Positions 11,301-19,546 of a stretch of DNA of 64,000 nt are shown here, piece after piece; within the stretch, counting starts at the first letter, position 1, and each line of letters begins with the position of its first letter. Origin of the DNA: Fibrobacteria bacterium. Lineage in GTDB: Bacteria; Fibrobacterota; Fibrobacteria; UBA11236. The stretch is from NCBI GenBank assembly GCA_041746255.1, contig JBGTHM010000100.1, forward strand, positions 120,912-184,911, given 5' to 3'. The translations under genes were made by a program, and so were the position numbers. The notes beneath the pieces are model-generated. The model was not told where the DNA came from and searched no databases. It saw only the letters and a program-made list of their open reading frames with translations.

Positions 11301-12592
11301 TTCTGCAATCCGAATTCATCCTGGCCACCACCGCATATATCAAGGACGAGAATGGTAACGGCCGCGGTGATAAGGTGTACATCGTTTTCGAAAGCCCGTT
11401 AGCCGAATTGCCTGCGCAACTGGACAGCGTCTACTGGAACGAAGCCAAAAAGGAATTCGTCCAGGTCGCCGGAAAAAGCCGCCTCTCCTTTTTGGAAGGC
11501 AGCAACAATACAGTTGTAGTCGCCGATTTTACCGATTCGGAGTTCGGAGAAAACCTGACCTCCATTCCCGCAGGTGCGAACCCTTATGTCCTGCTCCCCG
11601 ATAACCTGGTTTTTCTGGGGCAGAAAGTCGCCATCGCCGATTCGATCGGGCCGGTAATCATTACCGCGGTGAAAAAACCCGCTGACCTTACCAACCCCAA
11701 CTCCAGCAATCCTGAATTCAATCTCGATACCTTGGTGGTAAAGCTTTCTGAGCCTATCACGACCCAAACCGATTGGAACGAACTCCTGCGATTTTCGACG
11801 GACTGTAAGGATTACACCAATAGTTTCGTAATCAAGCCGAACGGAGACCCGGTTTTCGGAGACGGCGGCACTACCGTCACCATAGTAATCAACAATGCCG
11901 ATGGAAAATCCCCTCAACCTGGAAATTGCCTGTTCCTGAACACCGATGGACGCTATACCGACAAAGTCGGAAACATCCCGCCCGAGAAGGGGGTTAAGAT
12001 TACAGGAGAGCCTGCCAAGCTGATATTGCAGGGCCTGCGGGGCTTCCCTCCCGTAGCCGGAATGGATCCGAGTAAGAACCCCGATAAATTCATCTTCGCC
12101 ATAAACGAGAAAATATCCGATACGGAAAACCCGAAGGGTTATACCGTTAAGGATGGCGACTCGCGTGTTGTGAATTGGATTCCTCCGGTGGAATGGCAAA
12201 AGAATTCAACCTTCCGACCCTTCATACCCGACAAGGTAACCGACGGCAGTCAGGGAGGCGATAATACTGGGATTCAGCCCATGCCTGTGAATGAGGTCAG
12301 CGCCGTCCAGGTTATTACCACGGGTAAATACATCGCCCACATAAACCTTTTCGACCATCTGGGAAACTTCGTAAAATCGTGGAGCCAAGCTTTCGGCTAT
12401 CGAGGCGAATTGGCCAACCGGGACCGCATTGTTCCCAAGGGATTGGTAAGTTACCTGGTATGGGACATGAAGGACCATCGGGGCCAAAGGGCCGGACAGG
12501 GTGCTTATGTTTGGAAGGTGATTTTCACCTTCGAAAGCAACAAGCAGGAAGTCCGATATATCCGTACTGGAGTACTCAGAAGCGACGACTGA
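8354..12592 (+). CDS. Fibro-slime (PA14-like) domain surface protein with chitobiase-type domain, Ig-like stalk and C-terminal sorting-like domain
   Basis: LRDF..HPHF, NYGFTLEMH, FRGDDDVWVFINDKLVIDLGGIH, LDFFFAER fibro-slime motifs; IRYTIDGSTP chitobiase motif. ATG 8354 has an AAGGAA RBS and is followed by a signal peptide. Confidence 0.9.
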   Translation: MKLTVVGLTLFAFCTGALAQNNPPSTITLQAKLRDFKESPDLGKVVAGHHPHFNACASTGLAAGNIETQINVNGQSDPRFEGDNRNPKLKVPLNSNACLTPVERFEDWFNDKSSDINRAFLTELQFVRNDVTGMYEYGNSAYFPLNNGKLNQAGGYTKFDPSDPNPFGHLQSGIVNNIDLSSRNYGFTLEMHTSFAYHAGEGQTFLFRGDDDVWVFINDKLVIDLGGIHSALERVVNLDNLAAQLGLVDGENYPLDFFFAERRVTQSNLFITTSLALAQPSIVDNITASPPGHTFPIQTQVTLSTPTPEVTIRYTIDGSTPDSTSTIYTGPLTFIETTILKAIAYKAGWLPSEVLTETYTKVAPKSSLQILNATGQPFASGYLTQNDNAFTVQVTTYQAGLTSISPTSATQIKGDNLTLTLSNPVIGNTIVYTGTVPFKSSDDPVSIANTLEAAFYDTVTVTWVNPSDPTDIATAKMPVRAAPKQATAYFSTNPQGTDTTDTYVGTEAFLYIIIDDQILPPGAGQVTLTTTPFLGGQPDNLILPLTPVAGTPGRYSATIPTDLLNPVNTADGLLQLALQDEIKATYQDPTSPTEPPAIANAGFGIKPEITAQFEFTDANYVPLPPGIHWSPTEGFIYLRYRDDVFDGSITTKQLNVVVTNNQGKAKGDEEKSTLVLTLNPGATQQSTGFWFGKFPLKDLPNPGLENSIVETYILGEVTVSVPTHNKLGTAGPNITTQLRVAYPDENEVLALVNTADPVAEIERATNSITVIIKDQTYSSVQDTIFADMSCTNSGDILRNVRLIESDTQPGTYTSAPVAKNEGSVDTGDLVLTCKDTDEIKLQYTDQVYGNIREIVVPFGGQSVNLKLYYTEKDKTQPISFIRVSQGNSFMAWVEGHSPRVNQIDTIAISFTTEQGENETFYAVETGPFTQLFKVEVPFAFVDGKPTVNNKIIDAQLVSQTSLGRVVVTGKVTHNGVTREATIVLQSEFILATTAYIKDENGNGRGDKVYIVFESPLAELPAQLDSVYWNEAKKEFVQVAGKSRLSFLEGSNNTVVVADFTDSEFGENLTSIPAGANPYVLLPDNLVFLGQKVAIADSIGPVIITAVKKPADLTNPNSSNPEFNLDTLVVKLSEPITTQTDWNELLRFSTDCKDYTNSFVIKPNGDPVFGDGGTTVTIVINNADGKSPQPGNCLFLNTDGRYTDKVGNIPPEKGVKITGEPAKLILQGLRGFPPVAGMDPSKNPDKFIFAINEKISDTENPKGYTVKDGDSRVVNWIPPVEWQKNSTFRPFIPDKVTDGSQGGDNTGIQPMPVNEVSAVQVITTGKYIAHINLFDHLGNFVKSWSQAFGYRGELANRDRIVPKGLVSYLVWDMKDHRGQRAGQGAYVWKVIFTFESNKQEVRYIRTGVLRSDD

Positions 12593-15500
12593 TTTCCCAC
12601 TTTTACATCGAATCCTCCTCCGGTATTTCCGAAGGAGGATTCCGATAGCCTCCCAGCCCCCCCAAAAACCTCCACCTCCAAAAATGGTCGTTTGAGTTTC
12701 CCTCCACAATTCTGCGCCAAAACCCGGCCTCCCCGCAAGCAACTCAAAATGCGTGTATTCGCCGTTTTTTCCCGCTATACTTAGGCTTGCAGAGATGTCC
12801 CTTGACCCGGAATACCCCGCAGTCACGGTGAGGTGACAAATGAAAAAATCCCCCTTAGGCTACGCAGTCATTTTGCTCTTCCTCCCCTTTTGTGATTTCG
12901 CCTCGGCTCAAGCTAAGCGATGCGATCTGACCGGTGCTTTACTTACCGACGGCAACGGCATTGGATTTAAAAAATGCCTGGACGTTTCGACGCTGGACGG
13001 TAAAACCCTGACCATTCCCCAAAACGTGACGCGTATTGACAACGATGGATTGGCTCTGTGCCGCACCACCATTCAAGAAGGTGGAGACGCCGATATAGTC
13101 TACGTGATGGACCAGTCTGGTAGCATGTACGCGAATTTCGTCCATATCAGTCCCAGCGGCGATACCACCTATATCGAAAGAATGGCAGGATGCAATGCTT
13201 CGCCCGCGATCGTGGGGAAAATAACCTTACCCTATTCCACCGGCACCCGGACAGTGGATTTACTTGATCCCAACGGAAGCATAATGGGATGCCCACTGGC
13301 AGGCGACCCCTTCGCCCAGCGCGGCGTGGCCTTCAAGGCGGCCATCGACTATCAGGCCCAACAATCCCCGCAATCGACCGCGGGATATATCGGGTTCAAC
13401 AGTTCCATCGTGGAACAGCAATCCTTGCTGCAGCTAACACCGGCCAATGTGACCATATTGAAGAACACCATCGGACTCAAAACGGGCGGAACCAATTACA
13501 AACCGCCCTTGGAGAGATCCAAACAATGGTTGACCAATACCTCCCTGATCAAAACCCAAAGCCAGGCAGTCATATTTTTGTCCGACGGACAACCCTTCGA
13601 CAGTTATCTCGATGTCCTTTCCCCGACTTATCTGAACGCCCCCGGTATCATGCCGCCTATTTTCGGAATCTTTCTCGGCAATCCCAACGCGGCCTACCAA
13701 AAGCTGGAAGAATTATCCTCACTAACCGGAGGCCGATTCTATCTCATTCCACCCAATCGGCCCGATAGCCTGAAAACCGTGGTCGAAGAAATCCTTAATC
13801 TCATTCTCCTGGAGTTCCAGCCCATCTCGGCAACGGTTTCCAACAAAAGCCTTATACCGGTACAAAACTCCCTCGGAGATTTATCCGGGATGACCAAGCA
13901 ATCCGACGGAAGTTGGCTGATTAAATTGGATAGCGCCGTCGCCATCCAACCAGGCAATAATGAAATCACCGTCACCTCCCATTATCGCGAAATCCAAGGT
14001 GATTCGATCCGCCTGCAGAATATCCGCTTTTGGCTTAACGCCACAGGCGGGGCCGAAACCCAGAACAAAATCGTGGGTGGGGGCGCCTTTTCCACCCAAT
14101 GCCACGATCCTTCCACCTTGCAGATCCGCAACGCGCAAGGATTGCTCCCGGCCTATTTAACGGAACTGGATACGGCTTACCGAGTGCATCTGAACATGTC
14201 CCAATCGTCCCTTACCCAAGTTACCGCCAATGCCTTGGCGGTCCTACAAGGCGACGACGAACGTCTCGCTATGAGTGGACCCACCCTCTCGGCCGGTCGG
14301 TCATTGTTTCAATCGAGCTTTCCCTTCCGGGCTGGAGGGTCCCATACCGATTTCAACGGGCGTCTGGAAAGTTCCGCTTATGATTCGCTCCTGGTAACCT
14401 GGCGTCATCCTCGGGACCCTCGCGATATGGCTTCGGGTACCATGAAGGTGCAAGCCGCTTTCAAGGCGGCGGAAGTCTATTTCGCGGCCACCTCCGGGGG
14501 TGAAAAAATCACCAACTATCCCATATCGCAAAAAACCGTTTTCGTGGTCGTAAAAGACCAGGTTTGGAATCCATCCCTGACCTATACGGTTCAGGTCAAG
14601 AACAATAATTTCGGTGAAGACCGGGAAACTCTGAGCCTGACGCAATTGTCGCCCGGTGTATACGGCGCGCAAGTGCCGGTGGAAGTAAACCTTAAAGTTC
14701 CCCATGATGGAAAATTTCAAATGGCCCTGGCCGGCGATCAATTGACGGCCATTTTCGTGGATCCCGTTTACAAAGACACGGCCACCGGGAATGCCGGTTT
14801 CGACCGTGACGCTGAAGTGGCCGCCAAGGTGGATTTCACCAATTCGTTAGGCGTTCCTCTGCCCCCTGACGCCATCTATTCACCTTCCTCTGGGAGAATT
14901 TATTTGCGCTATGAGGATGACCGGGTATTCGGCACCATTCCCACAAAAAAAGTCTCGCTGTTGGTCAATAACAAAAAATACGGCGATATCATCGGTACCG
15001 ACTTCGAAAGAGTCACCGTCACCCTGCAGGCGGCAACAGGAAACCAGGGTGTATGGACGGGATCGATTCCGCTCAAAGACGTTTTTCCCGCCCAGGATTC
15101 CAATGGAACCGTGGAAACCCGCTTTCGGGGGGAAATCACCGCCTCGGTCTTACCGCATTCGAATCAGGGCGTGGCAGGCGATATCCCTGTAACCGATTTT
15201 CTGGTGGTCGCTTATGCCGATATTCCCGCGGTGATCGAATGGGCCCCGGTGGGACCCTCGGTTGAAGTTCCGCCGGGTCAAGAAGCTTTTATCGTTAAAG
15301 TGACCGATCAACCCTTCACCACCGGCGGCAGCGACAGCCTGAGGATTTCCGTAAAATGCCTGCGCTCGGGTGACGGGCTGGGAAATATCCTACTCATCGA
15401 AGACGGTAAAGGCAGTTTCACTTCGGTTCCCATTTTCCAGAACAATAGCAACCCCAATTTTACCGATGCCATTTTATCCTGTCAAAACCCCGACGAAATC

Positions 15501-17285
15501 GAAGTCACTTATATCGACCCCGTTTTCGGAACCATCACCACACTCCTCATACGGGAAACCGCACCTCCCGTCGCCAACCCATCCGGTCGGAATTTCCTTT
15601 ACCAACTTGGCGTGGTGCTGACTAGCCCCACTCCCGATGCGCGCATCTATTACACCCTGGACGGAACCCGCCCCGACACCGCCTCCACCCTGTATACCGG
15701 TCCCATACCGGTGATAACCGGAACCACCCTGAGGGCAGTAGCCGTAAAAACCGGATGGAAGAACAGCAAGGAATTGCAAGAAGTCTATGTGAAACAATTC
15801 ACCCCCTCGCGTTTGGAAATTTTGGATCAGGCTGGAAACCCCCTCGCCGGCGGCGCCCTGACCCAACGGGATAGCTTGTTCATGGTGAAAATAATCACCA
15901 CCCAAGGTGGATTGTCTGTGGTGCAACCCGAAGCCACGACCCGCGTGCTCGGCGATAAGGAAACCCTGGATTTATCCTATAAATTGGAATTGCCGGATAG
16001 GGTCGAATACCGGGATCTCATCCCCTTGAAAATCACAACCGGAAGTCCGACGCGCGTGGACACGGTGGAAGCCTTCGTCATCGATACCTTACGGGTTTTC
16101 TGGCGCAACCCACTCGACAGCAATGATGTTGCCGAAGCAACCGTCCTCGTGCGTCCGGCTTTCCAGGCCGCCGAAGTATACTTTTCGCAAAGCGAGGGAG
16201 GTCCCCGCACCACGCGCTTCCCTGCCGATCAGGATACCGTCTTCATCGTTATCAAGGATCAACCCGGCGATCCCCGTCTGAGTTATACGGTTGACATTTT
16301 CAGTTCCGTCGCGGGGGACACCGAGACCCGTCCCTTAACCGAGCTGTCTCCGGGAACCTATTCCACCTTCATAACCATCGGTAAGACCCAGGCCTCGAAG
16401 GGAGACGGTATCTTACAGGTCTCCCCGGCATCGGATCAATTGACGGCCGTTTTCAAGGATCCCATTTACCTGGACGTGGCAACGGGCAATGCCGGTTTCG
16501 ACGAAGACGTGCAAGAATCCGGGGTGCTGGTTTTCACCGATTCCGAAGGGGCCATCCTCCCGCCTGGACATTTCTGGAATCCGGAAGCAGGTAAGATCTT
16601 TGTGCGTTATTACGACGACTGGAATCCGGCCGTGGACGCCTCTCTGGCGACCAAACAGGTGAATTTCTCCCTTTCCCAGAAAAAATCGCAGGAAATCGTG
16701 GGTACCGATACCGAAGCGGGAACGATGGCTCTGATTCCGGCCAACAACACGGCCACGCGCGGAACCTGGAGCGGGCAATTCAATCTCGCGGATCTCTTCC
16801 CTCCGACTCCGGGAAATTCGATGCTGGAAACCTATTATCGAGGGGAACTCACGGCATCAGTGGTACCACACAATAATGCCGGAACCCCGCTATCGACTCA
16901 ACTGCACTCGTTACTACTTATCGCTTACCCCGATAAACCGGCTACTATCCGGATATCCGACGCCGATAATCGTCTCCAAGTTGACAGGCTTACCGGCAAG
17001 CTCCGCATCCGGATAACGGATCAGGTTTTTTCCTCTTCCGGAACCCCGACCCTGACGGTGCAAGCAAGCTGCGCAGGCTCGGGTGATCAGGTAAATAATG
17101 TGGTTTTGACCCTGATAGACCCCTCGGGTATATACGAAACCAAAACCGATCTAATCAAGGGAGAATGGTATTCGGGCGCGCCGGATAAAGGCGACGGCAT
17201 CCTTTCATGTAAGGAATCGGATATTATCACCGTTCACTACACCGATCCCGTGTACGGAACCCAGGCCAGCGAGAACGTACGCTAT
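9449..17285 (+). repeat. Three copies of a ~480-aa stalk module (about 9449-10920, 14112-15550, 15807-17285) in two adjacent genes
   Basis: Colinear motifs in all three copies: L.I.N/D..G....LT; V.W..P.D..D.A; A..YF; DQ; NAGF; FT...G/Y..LPP....P..G.I..RY.DD; VET/LET...GE.T.SV..H; AY.D; C..SGD...C...D; Y.D.V.G. Confidence 0.8.
12610..12642 (+). terminator. Hairpin downstream of the fibro-slime gene (putative terminator or RNA stabiliser)
   Basis: GAATCCTCCT (12610-12619) pairs with AGGAGGATTC (12633-12642), with inner CGG/CCG. No clear U-tract. Confidence 0.55.
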
Positions 17286-18938
17286 GAGGATGTGACTCCC
17301 ACCCGTATTTATTTCGCTTCCATCACGGACACCTCCGAAATCAAGTCGCTTTCGACCACCCAGGCTGGTTATTTTCTGGTGGTGGTGGAAAGCAAAAGCC
17401 CCACCCGTAATGCGCGCGATACCCTTGCCGTTATTTTGATCGCGCCCGACGGGGAGAAAGAAACCGTATCCGTCATCGAGACCGCGCCTTTTTCCGGGGT
17501 ATTCGTAGGCCGGGTTCCCTTCGGGTTCGCATTGGCCGCGCCTACCGCGGGCAACGGGAAAATCGAGGGAAAAATCGACAATACCAAGCGCATCAACTCC
17601 CTGGTTACGCAAAGTGAAATTACCGTGGACGGGAAAAAATACTCTAGCGCATTGACCCTGGTAGCCGAATTCAACCTGGTGCAATACGTTTATGTGAAAG
17701 ATCTCGACGGCGACGGCCGGGTGGATAGGGCCTACTTCGCGTTCGATCGAAAACTGGGACGACTTCCCACCGGCATCGACCCCGTATATTGGAACGAAGA
17801 GTCGCTTGCCAAGGCCCGCAAAGCGGGAGCCGCCCAGATATCCTTCGTGAATAACGATTCCACCCTGGTGATGGCGGACTTTTCCGCCAATCCCTTCGCC
17901 TACGGGCTTACGGGCTGGGGCCGCGGCGACAAGCCCACCGCCCGCTTCCCATCCGACGAATTGTTCGGCGGTCAGAAACCCATTCTCCACGACTCCGTCG
18001 GACCCGTGATAATCTCGGCCCTGAAGAAACCCTCCGACCTGTCGGCCTACGATTATTCCGAAACGGAAAAACGTTTCAACCCCGATACCCTGGTGGTGGA
18101 AGTCTCGGAACGCATGCGCACCTTGACCCATTGGAAGAATATGCTGCGCTTCACGCGCGGATGCGGCGATTACTCGGCCTCCATCCCGTTGATCACCTAT
18201 GGCGAACCCATATTGGAAGCCGACGGCGTCACATGGACCATAATCGTCGACAATACTCCCGGCTCGCAAACACCCGTACTGGGAGACTGCGTTTTCCTGA
18301 CGGTGGATGGCCGCTATTTGGATGAACACGGCAATAGGCCTCCGGTTCTCGGAATGAAACTGGAAGGGAAGAACCCCAAAATGGTGATACGTCAATTCCG
18401 GGCCTATCCACCGGTTGCGGGCCTGGACCCCAACTCGCCCGAATTCATCCTTTCGATGAACGAAACCCGCACCGAAAAGAAAGGCGAGTACGGTTTGCGG
18501 CGGGGCGAAACGGAATGGATAATGGAATGGATGCCTCCCTACGGTTTTACCGATGTGGAATCATTCAAACCTTATATGCCAAGCAATCCGGGGGAGCCTG
18601 CGCGCAACGAGATTGAATACGCCGGACCCGTTCCCATGCCGAAAAACATCAGTACCGTGCAAATCATCACCACTGGAAAGTATATCGCTTTCGTAACCAT
18701 ATACGATCATTTGGGCCAATTCGTGAACGAATTCAAGCAGTCGTTCGGTTATCACGGTGAAATGCGCAACCCCAACCGCAGCGCCGATCAGGGCATGGTC
18801 AGCTATCTGGTTTGGAACATGAAGGACACCCGGAAACAACCGGTGGGAAACGGCGCCTATGTCTGGAAGGTGAACTTCTATCTGGAAAATCAGAAACAAG
18901 AGGTGCAATTCATACGCACCGGATTAATCCGGCGCTAG
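12840..18938 (+). CDS. Giant secreted VWA-domain surface protein with two stalk modules, a chitobiase-type domain and a C-terminal region shared with the upstream fibro-slime protein
   Basis: Signal peptide, DIVYVMDQSGS MIDAS, GGTNY, IFLSDG, IYYTLDGTRP. GAGGTG RBS upstream. Confidence 0.88.
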   Translation: MKKSPLGYAVILLFLPFCDFASAQAKRCDLTGALLTDGNGIGFKKCLDVSTLDGKTLTIPQNVTRIDNDGLALCRTTIQEGGDADIVYVMDQSGSMYANFVHISPSGDTTYIERMAGCNASPAIVGKITLPYSTGTRTVDLLDPNGSIMGCPLAGDPFAQRGVAFKAAIDYQAQQSPQSTAGYIGFNSSIVEQQSLLQLTPANVTILKNTIGLKTGGTNYKPPLERSKQWLTNTSLIKTQSQAVIFLSDGQPFDSYLDVLSPTYLNAPGIMPPIFGIFLGNPNAAYQKLEELSSLTGGRFYLIPPNRPDSLKTVVEEILNLILLEFQPISATVSNKSLIPVQNSLGDLSGMTKQSDGSWLIKLDSAVAIQPGNNEITVTSHYREIQGDSIRLQNIRFWLNATGGAETQNKIVGGGAFSTQCHDPSTLQIRNAQGLLPAYLTELDTAYRVHLNMSQSSLTQVTANALAVLQGDDERLAMSGPTLSAGRSLFQSSFPFRAGGSHTDFNGRLESSAYDSLLVTWRHPRDPRDMASGTMKVQAAFKAAEVYFAATSGGEKITNYPISQKTVFVVVKDQVWNPSLTYTVQVKNNNFGEDRETLSLTQLSPGVYGAQVPVEVNLKVPHDGKFQMALAGDQLTAIFVDPVYKDTATGNAGFDRDAEVAAKVDFTNSLGVPLPPDAIYSPSSGRIYLRYEDDRVFGTIPTKKVSLLVNNKKYGDIIGTDFERVTVTLQAATGNQGVWTGSIPLKDVFPAQDSNGTVETRFRGEITASVLPHSNQGVAGDIPVTDFLVVAYADIPAVIEWAPVGPSVEVPPGQEAFIVKVTDQPFTTGGSDSLRISVKCLRSGDGLGNILLIEDGKGSFTSVPIFQNNSNPNFTDAILSCQNPDEIEVTYIDPVFGTITTLLIRETAPPVANPSGRNFLYQLGVVLTSPTPDARIYYTLDGTRPDTASTLYTGPIPVITGTTLRAVAVKTGWKNSKELQEVYVKQFTPSRLEILDQAGNPLAGGALTQRDSLFMVKIITTQGGLSVVQPEATTRVLGDKETLDLSYKLELPDRVEYRDLIPLKITTGSPTRVDTVEAFVIDTLRVFWRNPLDSNDVAEATVLVRPAFQAAEVYFSQSEGGPRTTRFPADQDTVFIVIKDQPGDPRLSYTVDIFSSVAGDTETRPLTELSPGTYSTFITIGKTQASKGDGILQVSPASDQLTAVFKDPIYLDVATGNAGFDEDVQESGVLVFTDSEGAILPPGHFWNPEAGKIFVRYYDDWNPAVDASLATKQVNFSLSQKKSQEIVGTDTEAGTMALIPANNTATRGTWSGQFNLADLFPPTPGNSMLETYYRGELTASVVPHNNAGTPLSTQLHSLLLIAYPDKPATIRISDADNRLQVDRLTGKLRIRITDQVFSSSGTPTLTVQASCAGSGDQVNNVVLTLIDPSGIYETKTDLIKGEWYSGAPDKGDGILSCKESDIITVHYTDPVYGTQASENVRYEDVTPTRIYFASITDTSEIKSLSTTQAGYFLVVVESKSPTRNARDTLAVILIAPDGEKETVSVIETAPFSGVFVGRVPFGFALAAPTAGNGKIEGKIDNTKRINSLVTQSEITVDGKKYSSALTLVAEFNLVQYVYVKDLDGDGRVDRAYFAFDRKLGRLPTGIDPVYWNEESLAKARKAGAAQISFVNNDSTLVMADFSANPFAYGLTGWGRGDKPTARFPSDELFGGQKPILHDSVGPVIISALKKPSDLSAYDYSETEKRFNPDTLVVEVSERMRTLTHWKNMLRFTRGCGDYSASIPLITYGEPILEADGVTWTIIVDNTPGSQTPVLGDCVFLTVDGRYLDEHGNRPPVLGMKLEGKNPKMVIRQFRAYPPVAGLDPNSPEFILSMNETRTEKKGEYGLRRGETEWIMEWMPPYGFTDVESFKPYMPSNPGEPARNEIEYAGPVPMPKNISTVQIITTGKYIAFVTIYDHLGQFVNEFKQSFGYHGEMRNPNRSADQGMVSYLVWNMKDTRKQPVGNGAYVWKVNFYLENQKQEVQFIRTGLIRR

Positions 18939-19546
18939 GAACCGGCCCTCGCCTGGAGGAAAGACTGGACCGCCCGGCCCCGGTGGCTGAGCGCGTCCTT
19001 GACCTCTGGCGGAAGTTCCGCGAAGGATTGGTGATGGCCCTCGGGTAGGAAAAGCGGGTCGTAGCCGAAACCCAATTCGCCCTTTTCTTCGTAGGCGATC
19101 TCTCCCTCGCATATGCCCTCGAAATATTCGGGGAGATGGGAAGGAGCCAAAAAGCAAAGCACGCATACGAAGCGCGCTTTTCGGTTCTCCACGCCTTCCA
19201 GCTCGCGGAGCAGCTTGGCCCGGTTTTGCCCATTCGTAGCGGAAGGCCCGGCATAGCGTGCCGTATGCAGACCCGGCGCGCCTCCCAGGGCTTCCACTTC
19301 CAGCCCACTGTCATCGGCCAGCACCGGTAGGCCGGAGAAGCGCGCCAGCGCCTCGGCTTTAATCAAGGCATTAGCCCGGAAGGAGGCGCCCGTCTCCGGT
19401 ATGTCGTCGGTAAACTCGACATCACCGGGGGTTTTCAGCAGGTAGCCATGCGGCTCCAACAGGGTTTTAAACTCCCCCACCTTACCCGCGTTACCGGTGG
19501 CCAATAAAATCACCTTACGTGAATTCGCGTCCATGCTGCAAATCAC
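18935..19546 (-). CDS. rdgB: RdgB/HAM1 non-canonical purine NTP pyrophosphatase
   Basis: ATGNAGK, ETG.SF..NA..KA, ADDSGL, GFGYDP, SHRG motifs. Start is GTG 19546 or ATG 19534. Confidence 0.95.
   Translation of the reverse strand: MICSMDANSRKVILLATGNAGKVGEFKTLLEPHGYLLKTPGDVEFTDDIPETGASFRANALIKAEALARFSGLPVLADDSGLEVEALGGAPGLHTARYAGPSATNGQNRAKLLRELEGVENRKARFVCVLCFLAPSHLPEYFEGICEGEIAYEEKGELGFGYDPLFLPEGHHQSFAELPPEVKDALSHRGRAVQSFLQARAGS

Noticed and set aside
14730..16505. Nucleotide similarity between the two stalk copies as a possible diversity-generating retroelement TR/VR pair
   Set aside because: Differences are not adenine-specific, both copies are in-frame coding, and no reverse transcriptase gene is present.
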